A stretch of DNA of 11,826 bases from Archangiaceae bacterium (GTDB lineage Bacteria > Myxococcota > Myxococcia > Myxococcales > Myxococcaceae), in NCBI GenBank assembly GCA_043750125.1, contig JAYVCD010000129.1, positions 1 to 11,826 on the forward strand, read 5' to 3'. The notes beneath the pieces were generated by a model that made no database searches, had not been told where the DNA came from, and saw only the letters and a list, made by a program, of their open reading frames with translations. How positions within the stretch are numbered: the stretch's first letter is position 1; each line of letters starts with the position of its first letter. Shown here piece after piece: positions 1-10,147 of this stretch. Position numbers and translations under genes: made by a program.

Positions 1-1305
1 GCTGGGCGTCTGCTTGTTGCACACGTACCCGAAGGGATGCTCGAGGGTCATGTCGACGTTGCGCACGTCATTGTCGAAGACGCTGTCGGTGCCGTTTTCG
101 AAGACCATCTCGAGCTTCACCACCTGGGGGCCTGCGCCCATCACTCCATTGGCGGTCACCGGAATGGTGATCGACGGCTTCGACGGGTCATTGCTGAGCA
201 GGTTGAGCAGCCCGGTCACAGGGCCCAGCGCCGTCGCGGTGAAGCCAACCTGAATGTCGATGAAGGCTCCGGCGGCGACGTTTGGAATCACCGTCGGGCT
301 GGTGAAGAGGTCGGTGTTGGGGTTGGTGCCTCCCCACTTCAATTGCGCGAGCAGCGGTGCTCCACCCATGTTGGTCAAAGTGAGCGTGGCGAGGTTGGTC
401 GCCCCAAGGGGGACGTTGCCCAGGTTGATCATCGCGGGGCTGAAGGTCAGCTGCGGCGGGGTCTCGGCGTTGCCCGTCAGTGGGACTTTGACCGTGCCGT
501 GGTTGGTGACGATCACCAGGTCGATCGCGTGTTTCGCGGTGGTGCGCGGGGTGTAGCGCAGCTCGAGCGGAATCAGCGCGTTCAAGTCGGTGAGGACCGG
601 CTTGAGCGTCACCGGCCCCACGAACGGAGCGGCGAACGCGAAGTCCATGGTGGCCGGGTCGGAAAACCCGACGGTCTGGATGGTGATTGGAGCGACTCCG
701 CTTCCCTGGTTGGTGACCTGGACGTTGCGGCTGCCCTGTCGGCCGACCGCCACGTAGGCGAAGTCGACCGGGTTGGGAGCGACCTGCAGCTTCGGAATTC
801 CCAGAAAGTTCACCGACAGCGGCACGCGCAGCTCAGAGAATTGTTTGTCGTCGCTGAGGATCTTGATTTCGTCTGCAAGACGTCCGGGCTTGTCGGTGGC
901 GAAGCTGACGTTGAACTCGCGACTGCGCCCCGGGAAAATTTCCATTGGGAACGTCGCCAGTGTCAGGTCGCAGGTGAAGGGAGAGTTGAGGCCCTTGCCG
1001 AGCGTGGCCTCGAACAGCGTCAAGGTGCAGTTGCCAATGTTGTGGATGGTGAGCTTCTGCACCTGGGTCGACACGTCGAGCTCGCCGAAGGAAATCGCGT
1101 ACGGGTCGGGCTGGAGAATCGGGTTGCCGGACACCACGTTGGTGCAGGCCCGGGTCGCAGCGGGAATGCAGGTGAAGTTTTCGCAGATTTCGCCCGGTGG
1201 ACAGGCCGAGTCTTCGCGGCAGGCGGCGTCGACCAGCTTGGGTCGACCGCAGGACACCGAACAACAGACTGCAAGAACGCCCAGCAACAGCAGAGGTGTG
1301 CGCAT
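1..1305 (-). CDS. Secreted lipoprotein with an N-terminal Cys-rich module and three ASH/choice-of-anchor-D Ig-like repeats (3' end outside the window)
   Basis: Manual translation from ATG at 1305 gives 435 codons with no stop: MRTPLLLLGVLAVCCSVSCGRPK (lipoprotein-type signal), CREDSACPPGEICENFTC, then three repeats (ISFGE..LTIHNIGNCTL; VDFAYV..VQVTNQGSG; INLGNV..LTLTNMGGAPL..LSNDPSKP). GAAGGGG SD lies upstream. It is absent from the ORF track because there is no stop inside the window. Confidence 0.88.
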   Translation of the reverse strand, partial: MRTPLLLLGVLAVCCSVSCGRPKLVDAACREDSACPPGEICENFTCIPAATRACTNVVSGNPILQPDPYAISFGELDVSTQVQKLTIHNIGNCTLTLFEATLGKGLNSPFTCDLTLATFPMEIFPGRSREFNVSFATDKPGRLADEIKILSDDKQFSELRVPLSVNFLGIPKLQVAPNPVDFAYVAVGRQGSRNVQVTNQGSGVAPITIQTVGFSDPATMDFAFAAPFVGPVTLKPVLTDLNALIPLELRYTPRTTAKHAIDLVIVTNHGTVKVPLTGNAETPPQLTFSPAMINLGNVPLGATNLATLTLTNMGGAPLLAQLKWGGTNPNTDLFTSPTVIPNVAAGAFIDIQVGFTATALGPVTGLLNLLSNDPSKPSITIPVTANGVMGAGPQVVKLEMVFENGTDSVFDNDVRNVDMTLEHPFGYVCNKQTPS

Positions 1306-1432
1306 GGTTTTCCCCTTCAGGAAACGGGGATGGACATAACACAAGGGGCGCTGCTACCCACCGACGGCACCGGCCCGCAGGGGCTGAAGCGCTTTGTACC
1401 GAAACCCGGGCCGAGGCATTAAGACGCGCACC

Positions 1433-2139
1433 ATGAAACGACTCAGCGCGCTGACCGTTTTGTCGGCGGTGTTGATGGCCTGCAGCAGCTCGACCGGAGG
1501 CGTCGGCGGGGGCAGTGGCGGCAGTGCGTCGGCGGCGGGGTCAGCACCAGCGAAGGGGCGATCGCTTTTGACCGTTACACGACGACCGGCGATCAGATCG
1601 TCATCTCTTACGCCGACGGTGGTGAGCAACAGCTGACGAACGAGAGTGGAGTGAACCATCGCGCGCCGGAATGGTCGTTGGATGGGCAGACCCTATATTT
1701 CGTTCGCACGCCTACCGGAGCCACGTCCGCGATGTGGGCGATGAACAAAGACGGCACCAATCAGCGGGTCCTGTTTGCGATCCCCAGCGGCGCAGAACCT
1801 GGGCGCTGGTCGCCCGACCGCACCCGTATCCTGGCCTACAAGTCGGGGATCAACATCTTGCCGGTCGACGGCGGAGCGCTGAGGCAGGTGCTGTCGAATA
1901 CGCCTGCGGTCGGTTGGGCCGATTGGAGCCCAGATGGAACTCAACTCGTCTACCACCGGGGCCCTGAGCTCTGGGTCGCGCAGATCGACGGGAGCAACCC
2001 GCACAAGCTTGCGGGACCCTTCAACGAGCTCTTCACCCCCGGACCGGCCTGGACCTGTACCAGGTGGATATGCGGGACGCGGGCGTGCCTGCCCTGCGGC
2101 AATGCCTCGGCACGAAGTCTGCTCAAGGGGTCCTCATGA
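1433..2139 (+). pseudogene. TolB-like PD40 beta-propeller lipoprotein, frameshifted near 1526 and truncated near 2052
   Basis: Signal peptide and lipobox MKRLSALTVLSAVLMAC plus a Gly/Ser linker lie in one frame. IAFDRY..QQLT..APEWSLDG, RWSPDR, ADWSPDG and GPAW lie in the adjacent frame, which has no start codon of its own before 1651. The fourth repeat breaks after GPAW, and DLYQVD follows in the third frame. Confidence 0.75.
2108..2123 (+). promoter_or_regulatory. Putative sigma-54 -24/-12 promoter
   Basis: CGGCACGAAGTCTGCT has GG at 2109-2110, N10, and GC at 2121-2122. It is close to the TGGCACG-N4-TTGC(A/T) consensus and lies just before the ATG at 2136. Confidence 0.6.
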
Positions 2140-2731
2140 TCAAGACAATCGCAGCCGTGGTGGTGATGATGTTGGGGACCCACGCGCTCGCCCAGTCGGA
2201 CGCCCCCCGAGTCGAGAAGAAGCCCGAGTCGAGAAGAAGCCCGAGCTGTTCTTCCAGATGCAGCGGTTCGACGCCCAGCTGGAAGCGATCGATCGAAGCC
2301 GCGGCACGTCGCGCCTGTTCAAGGGCCTGGGCGGGGCCGGGTTCGCCGTCGGAGGGGTCTCGCTCGTCGTGTACGCGTGTGGACAGGTGGCCAACGCGAT
2401 CGACGCGGTGGGACATGCGCTTGGAAACGCGGCAACCCGATTGGCCGATGATCTGCTCCCCGGAGGTGGCTCAAGAAGGCAGGAAGCCTGGCGGCCCACC
2501 AACTACACCCCTGTGCTCGGAGTCGCCGCCGTGGGCGTATTGGTTGGAATCGCCTCCACCATCGTTGGGGTCAAGCTCGGAAGGAGCAATGACCGTGAAC
2601 GCGAAGAGCTCCAGCGCAGCCACGATGAGATCAGCCTTCAGCTTCCTGCCGAAAAGGACGACCTCTGGCGCGAACGGACCCCGCCTGCCGAAGTCATCGA
2701 GCCTGTGACCGCGGTCGCTCCGGCACTTTGA
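2136..2731 (+). pseudogene. Signal-peptide, two-transmembrane hypothetical protein frameshifted by a 17-bp tandem duplication
   Basis: MIKTIAAVVVMMLGTHALAQ signal peptide. Removing one 17-bp copy joins it in frame to ELFFQMQRF..GLGGAGFAVGGVSLVVYA..VLGVAAVGVLVGIASTIVGV..APAL*, a 192-aa product. Confidence 0.75.
2206..2245 (+). repeat. Perfect 17-bp tandem duplication (CCCGAGTCGAGAAGAAG)x2 followed by CCCGAG
   Basis: Copies at 2206-2222 and 2223-2239, with a third CCCGAG at 2240-2245. Confidence 0.95.
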
Positions 2732-2762
2732 GGCACATCGCGGTCGCGGCTCGAGACTTCAA

Positions 2763-4124
2763 CTACTCCTTCTTCTTCTCGTCCCCTGCCCCGAGCAAAG
2801 ATCCCAGCGACGGCCCCGCGCCACCCGCTCCAATCCGCCCGACGCTGTCGAGGTGATGCAGCAGGAAGGCGCGGTTGTCCGCGACGGACAGGTTCTGCAG
2901 CTCGAGCGCTCCGATGCGATCTTCGGGGGTGAACGCCGGCTCCTTCACCCGTTCCATCGACAGCTTGTCCGGGTCGTACGCCATGTACTCGGCGCGGGTG
3001 GACACCAGCGTGTAGTCCTCGCCGCGGCGCAGCTCGAGCGTGACCGAGCCCGTCACCGCCGGAGCCACCCACCGGGTCAGCGATTCCTTCAACATCATCG
3101 CCTCGGGGTCGAACCACTTGCCCTCGTAGAGCAGCCGTCCCAGCCGTCGCCCGAGCGTGAAGTACTGGTCCAGCGTGTTCTCGTTGTGGATTGCCGAGAG
3201 CAACCGTTCGTAGACCAGGTGCAGCAGCGCCATGCCCGGCGCCTCGTAGATTCCCCGGCTCTTCGCGTCGATCACCCGGTTCTCGATCTGATCGCTCATC
3301 CCCAGACCGTGGCGGCCCCCAATCTTGTTGCACTCGAGGAACAACTCGAAGTGCGACGCGAACCGCTTGCCGTTGATCGTCGCCGGCAACCCCTGCTCGA
3401 AGCCGATCGTGATTTCTTCCGGCTCGACCTTCACTTCGCTCTTCCAGAACGCGACCCCCATGATCGGCGCGACGGTTCGGATTCCCTTGTCGAGGTGCTC
3501 GAGGTCCTTGGCCTCGTGCGTCGCTCCGAGCACGTTCGCGTCGGTGCTGTACGCCTTCTCGCTGCCCACTTTGTACGGCTTGCCGATGCGCGCCAGGTAC
3601 TCGCTCATCTCTTTGCGACCGCCGAACGCCTGCACGAACGCGTTGTCGAGCCACGGTTTGTAGATCTTCAACCGCGGGTTCACGAGCAGCCCGTAACGGT
3701 AGAACCGCTGAATGTCGTTTCCCTTGTGCGTGCTGCCATCGCCAAACACATGCACGTCGTCTTCGGCCATCGCGCGGATGATCGCCGTCGTGGTGACCGC
3801 CCGGCCCAGCGGAGTGGTGTTGAAGTACGTCCTTCCCCCCGAGCGCAGGTGAAACGCACCGCACTGAATCGCGATCAACCCTTCGCGAACCATGCTGTCT
3901 CGACAATCCTGAAGGCGGGCCGCCACCGCTCCATGCTCGAGCGCGGTCGGCGGAATGTCGGCCACGTTCGTCTCGTCCGGCTGCGCCAGGTCCGCCGTGT
4001 AGGCGTGTACCTTCATCCCCTGTTCTGCCAACCAGGCGACCGCGCAGCGGGTGTCGAGGCCCCCGGAATACGCAATGCCCAGATGGGTGCCCTTCGGAGG
4101 AAGCGATCGATAGATGCGAGACAT
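2763..4124 (-). CDS. argG: Argininosuccinate synthase, type 2 (E. coli-like) subfamily
   Basis: [55 protein letters not shown] and [23 protein letters not shown] match E. coli-type ArgG along 453 aa. Confidence 0.98.
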   Translation of the reverse strand: MSRIYRSLPPKGTHLGIAYSGGLDTRCAVAWLAEQGMKVHAYTADLAQPDETNVADIPPTALEHGAVAARLQDCRDSMVREGLIAIQCGAFHLRSGGRTYFNTTPLGRAVTTTAIIRAMAEDDVHVFGDGSTHKGNDIQRFYRYGLLVNPRLKIYKPWLDNAFVQAFGGRKEMSEYLARIGKPYKVGSEKAYSTDANVLGATHEAKDLEHLDKGIRTVAPIMGVAFWKSEVKVEPEEITIGFEQGLPATINGKRFASHFELFLECNKIGGRHGLGMSDQIENRVIDAKSRGIYEAPGMALLHLVYERLLSAIHNENTLDQYFTLGRRLGRLLYEGKWFDPEAMMLKESLTRWVAPAVTGSVTLELRRGEDYTLVSTRAEYMAYDPDKLSMERVKEPAFTPEDRIGALELQNLSVADNRAFLLHHLDSVGRIGAGGAGPSLGSLLGAGDEKKKE

Positions 4125-4131
4125 GCCGCGC

Positions 4132-4168
4132 AGGTATCAGATCAAAGGCACCGATGGCTCTGATACCT
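4132..4168. promoter_or_regulatory. Perfect 10-bp inverted repeat with a 17-bp spacer between divergent argG and FHA genes; likely bidirectional extended -10 promoters or an operator
   Basis: AGGTATCAGA (4132-4141) and TCTGATACCT (4159-4168). Each arm reads TG-A-TACCT(T/G) towards its gene, 6 and 8 nt before the ATGs at 4124 and 4178. Confidence 0.6.
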
Positions 4169-4177
4169 TCGGTCGAA

Positions 4178-4588
4178 ATGGCGGGGAATGGGCATGACGC
4201 GACCGGCCGCTTTGCCGAACTGGGGGACCTGGGCGACGAGCCCGCGACCACCGTCTACAAGCGCGTGAAAGGCTTTCGACCTCGCGCCACCCGAGCGCAC
4301 ATGCTCAAGCAGATTGAAGGCCCCGGAGTGAACACCTTGCGCTTCGTCCTCGACAAGGAAGTCCACACCCTGGGCCGCGCGGTTTCCAGCGACCTGTGTC
4401 TCGAGAACGACAACGTCAGCCGCAACCACGCCCGACTGACCCGCATCGACGACGAGTACACGCTCGAGGACCTCGACAGCCGCAACGGGATCTTGCTCAA
4501 CGGCCTCTCGGTTCACTCTGCAGTGCTGCGCGACGGAGACGAGCTTCACATCGGAGACTTCGTCTTCACCTACCAGGAAGGCGCCTGA
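4178..4588 (+). CDS. Single-FHA-domain protein with an N-terminal Thr-Thr tail (GarA/OdhI-like architecture)
   Basis: FHA motifs LGR, VSRNHA, LEDLDSRNG and LRDGDELHIG. An alternative start at 4154 lies inside the inverted repeat, so 4178 is preferred. Confidence 0.9.
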   Translation: MAGNGHDATGRFAELGDLGDEPATTVYKRVKGFRPRATRAHMLKQIEGPGVNTLRFVLDKEVHTLGRAVSSDLCLENDNVSRNHARLTRIDDEYTLEDLDSRNGILLNGLSVHSAVLRDGDELHIGDFVFTYQEGA

Positions 4589-5499
4589 TGGCGATCTTCG
4601 TTCGGTTCTGGGGCGTTCGCGGCAGCATTCCCACCCCCGGACCTCGGACCCGCCGCTACGGCGGCAACACGTCCTGTCTGGAAGTGCGCAGCGAGAGCAC
4701 CATCTGCATCTTCGATGCGGGCACCGGGCTGCGTGAGCTCGGCGTCGCCTTGATGCGCAGCGCCCCGGTCGGCGGGCTCAACATTCACCTCTTTCTCAGC
4801 CACCCTCACTGGGACCACATTCAAGGCTTCCCGTTCTTCACGCCCGCCTACCACCAGAACACCACGCTGTGCGTGTACGGCCCCGAGGGCGATTCGAAGA
4901 ACTACCAGCTGCTTTCCGGGCAGATGAACGACGCCTATTTCCCGGTGAAGTTCTCCGACTTGAAGGCGAAGGTCGTTCAGAAATCGTTCGAGAACGAAGA
5001 GGTCGAAGTCGGAGATTTCCTCATCCGCCGGTTCGCGCAACAACACCCCGGAGGCAGCGTCGGCTTTCGCATCGAGCACCCGACCGGCACCGTGGTGTAC
5101 GCGACCGACAGCGAGCTCGATCAACTGCTCAAAGATCCCGACCAACCCGTCAAAGACCCCGCCAGCCTGCGCAGAATGCCGCCCAAGCTGGTGAAGGCGA
5201 TTCGAGGCGCCGATCTGCTCGTCGCCGACGCCCAGTACACCGACGAGGAATATCTGACCCGCGTCGGCTGGGGCCACCCTCGCGCGTCCACCGTGGTCGA
5301 CTTCGCGTGCGAGGCCAAGGTCAAGCGCGTCGCCCTCACCCACCACGATCCGATGCACTCCGATCGCGATACCGACAGCAAGGTCTGGCAAGGCGTCGAG
5401 AGGGCCAAGGCCCACGGCTCGGACGTGGAAGTCTTTGGCGCGCGCGAAGGTGTCGTGCTGAAGCTCGACAACGCGCAGAACACCCGCGCCACCCGCTGA
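4588..5499 (+). CDS. MBL-fold metallo-hydrolase, TaR3-like / RNase Z-phosphodiesterase-type
   Basis: FWGVRGSIPTPG, YGGNTSC, DAGTG, SHPHWDHIQG (HxHxDH), HPGG, TDSE, DAQY, WGH and HHDP. The ATG overlaps the FHA stop (TGATG). 303 aa; the ORF-track start at 4396 is over-extended. Confidence 0.92.
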   Translation: MAIFVRFWGVRGSIPTPGPRTRRYGGNTSCLEVRSESTICIFDAGTGLRELGVALMRSAPVGGLNIHLFLSHPHWDHIQGFPFFTPAYHQNTTLCVYGPEGDSKNYQLLSGQMNDAYFPVKFSDLKAKVVQKSFENEEVEVGDFLIRRFAQQHPGGSVGFRIEHPTGTVVYATDSELDQLLKDPDQPVKDPASLRRMPPKLVKAIRGADLLVADAQYTDEEYLTRVGWGHPRASTVVDFACEAKVKRVALTHHDPMHSDRDTDSKVWQGVERAKAHGSDVEVFGAREGVVLKLDNAQNTRATR

Positions 5500-5504
5500 A
5501 TCCT

Positions 5505-5536
5505 GCGCGCCGGTTTAGCGCCGGGCGCCAATTTGT
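5505..5536 (+). terminator. Possible weak intrinsic terminator after the FHA-MBL operon
   Basis: GCGC(G)CCGG-TTTAGCG-CCGGGCGC stem followed by CAATTTGT; the U-tract is poor. Confidence 0.25.
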
Positions 5537-5558
5537 CGCGCCTGCGGCGAATTGCCTC
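5525..5558. promoter_or_regulatory. Tandem imperfect palindromes, putative enhancer-binding-protein sites
   Basis: GCGCCA-ATT-TGTCGC (5525-5539) and GCGGCG-AAT-TGCCTC (5544-5558) are 19 bp apart and upstream of a sigma-54-like promoter. Confidence 0.45.
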
Positions 5559-5602
5559 GTCTGCCCAAGCAGCGCTCACTCGGCTTCTGATCTGAAAGAC
5601 TT

Positions 5603-5618
5603 CGGCATGAGGACTGCA
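5603..5618 (+). promoter_or_regulatory. Putative sigma-54 -24/-12 promoter
   Basis: CGGCATGAGGACTGCA has GG at 5604-5605, N10, and GC at 5616-5617. Confidence 0.55.
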
Positions 5619-5630
5619 GAGACGGTTGCC

Positions 5631-5816
5631 ATGGCTATCAAGACCGGGATGAAGAAAGTGTCAGTGACCGTGGGCGACCTGATCGCGGCGGTCTTTGATG
5701 TGGTGGGCGACCAGGTGGACCAGGCCGTCGACTTGCTGCGCTTCGACGCGCTGAAGCGCCGATCGATGGTCGTCATCGAAGGGGCGATGCGGCCTCCCAA
5801 CAAGAACGCCAGCTAG
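5631..5816 (+). CDS. Small hypothetical protein (61 aa) with a TVGDLIAAxFD motif
   Basis: MAIKTGMKKVSVTVGDLIAAVFDVVGDQVDQAVDLLRFDALKRRSMVVIE. It has GC-rich third positions, fills the gap before the SNF2 stop, and resembles small myxobacterial proteins from memory. Alternative starts are 5607 and 5649. Confidence 0.7.
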   Translation: MAIKTGMKKVSVTVGDLIAAVFDVVGDQVDQAVDLLRFDALKRRSMVVIEGAMRPPNKNAS

Positions 5817-5820
5817 TTTT

Positions 5821-8736
<2,916 letters not shown>

Positions 8737-8780
8737 GCGAAGTGGCTCTTAACCGAACCGTGGGCTATCGCCTCGCCTTG

Positions 8781-9386
8781 ATGGCACTTCGACTGATGCT
8801 TTTGGTCACCCTGCTTGCCCTTCCCGCGCGCGCAGACGACTCGCCGACGACTGCGCAGTTCAAGGTTTCGATGTCGCCTGAACAGATCTCGGCGCTGATG
8901 CACACCGACGGCGAAGGCGAACGGCTGTCCATGATTCCGTTCGCGACCATGGGAAGCGCCACCCTGCTCGGCGGAGGCCTGCTGCTGGGCACCGACAACA
9001 AGATCGCCCAGGGCGCGGCCTGGCCCCTGACTACCGTCGGAGCGATCGAGGTGCTCGCCGGAATCATTTTTGCGGTGCGCGCAGGACCGCACCTGCGCCA
9101 CCTCGACGAGCTGCTCGCCTCGGACCCGAAATAATTTTCTCGCGTCGAGAACTTGAGGGTTCACCGGATCCGCGATCGGTTTCAGCCAATCCTTTTGATC
9201 GCAGAAGCTGCGATTTGCGTCGGGGGTGGAGCGATGGCCACTGCCGGCGCTTTCAGCCACCGCGACACCCTCACCGGAATCGGCATCGGGCTCGCCATTC
9301 AGGGCCTGGCGATGTTCCTCGTCGACTGGGCCGTGCTCGATCGCGCCCGGGCTTACGCGACGGCCCTCGACCTGTTCCTGCCCTGA
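8781..9386 (+). pseudogene. Multi-pass membrane hypothetical protein interrupted by an in-frame TAA at 9132-9134
   Basis: ORF-track pieces 8679..9134 and 9153..9386 share a frame. Read-through gives a signal peptide (LMLLVTLLALPARA) and four hydrophobic helices, continuous across LASDPK*FSRVENLRVHRI. Confidence 0.75.
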
Positions 9387-9389
9387 AGT

Positions 9390-9776
9390 TCAGTCTTTGC
9401 GTTGGATCAGCTCGACTTTGTAGCCATCGGGATCCTGCACGAACGCGATCACCGTGGTCCCATGTTTCATCGGACCCGCCTCGCGCGACACGGTTCCTCC
9501 CCGTTTTTTGATCTCGGCGCACGCAGCGTAGGCATCGGGAACCTCAATCGCGACGTGCCCGTACCCTGTGCCCAGCTCGTACTGGGGGGTGTCCCAGTTG
9601 TGGGTCAGCTCGAGCGCGGCCTGCTCGGACTCGGGACCAAAGCCCACGAAGGCGAGCGTGAACTTCCCGTCGGGGTAATCGCGCTTGCGCAGCAGCTGCA
9701 TCCCCAGCACCTCGGTATAGAAGGCGATCGACTTCTCGAGATTGCCCACGCGCAGCATGGTGTGAAGGATTCGCAT
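9390..9776 (-). CDS. gloA: Lactoylglutathione lyase (glyoxalase I)
   Basis: [61 protein letters not shown]. 128 aa. Confidence 0.98.
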   Translation of the reverse strand: MRILHTMLRVGNLEKSIAFYTEVLGMQLLRKRDYPDGKFTLAFVGFGPESEQAALELTHNWDTPQYELGTGYGHVAIEVPDAYAACAEIKKRGGTVSREAGPMKHGTTVIAFVQDPDGYKVELIQRKD

Positions 9777-9860
9777 CGCGCTTCTTAACGCGGCCTGCAG
9801 CGGGGGCGCGCGAGAGATGACCGGCCCGATATGCGAAAGATTGTGAGAGCTTCTTGAGCC

Positions 9861-9908
9861 ATGGCCCTTCGCAAATTCGGCTTCATCGTCACTGGTAAAG
9901 GTCTCGAC
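9861..9908 (+). pseudogene. 5' remnant (16 codons) of a probable DUF6506-family gene
   Basis: [16 protein letters not shown] resembles the DUF6506 N-terminus as recalled. The frame becomes non-protein-like immediately after 9908. Confidence 0.5.
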
Positions 9909-10123
9909 AGCGGGCAGTCGCGCTCACCCGCTTCGAAGAGCTGGTCGTCGAAGATCTGCCCGAAGGCATCGACGCAAGCGCGCTGGTCTCACTGGACGAG
10001 ATGGAACGCCGCTACATTCTTCGGGTCCTGGAGGCCGTCGGCGGCAGCAAGACCGAAGCGGGCCGGGTGCTCGGCGTCGATCGCAAAACCCTGCAACGCC
10101 GGCTCGAAGCCTGGGGCCTCAAG
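9908..10123 (+). pseudogene. 3' remnant of an NtrC-family sigma-54 activator (end of the AAA+ domain plus Fis-type HTH)
   Basis: [65 protein letters not shown]. There is no receiver domain, Walker A or GAFTGA upstream, and no nearby stop codon. Confidence 0.85.
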
Positions 10124-10147
10124 CACGGCTCAGTTGTCAAATGCTGC

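Noticed and set aside
1365..1380. CGGCAC..GC as a third sigma-54 promoter
   Set aside because: GG-to-GC spacing is 9 nt rather than 10.
37..1422. 461-aa plus-strand ORF
   Set aside because: Antisense shadow of the minus-strand lipoprotein, with no motifs.
2206..2245. CRISPR repeat or IS target-site duplication
   Set aside because: There are no spacers, cas genes or transposase, and the flanking microhomology explains it by slippage.
2638..4251. 537-aa minus-strand and 436-aa plus-strand ORFs over argG
   Set aside because: Alternative-frame and antisense shadows typical of high-GC DNA.
4869..5630. N-terminal part of the 315-aa ORF
   Set aside because: Arg-rich off-frame overlap with the MBL gene; only the last ~61 codons look coding.
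9132..9134. Stop-codon recoding (Sec, Pyl or alternative code)
   Set aside because: The codon is TAA, which terminates the SNF2 and NmrA-like genes normally.
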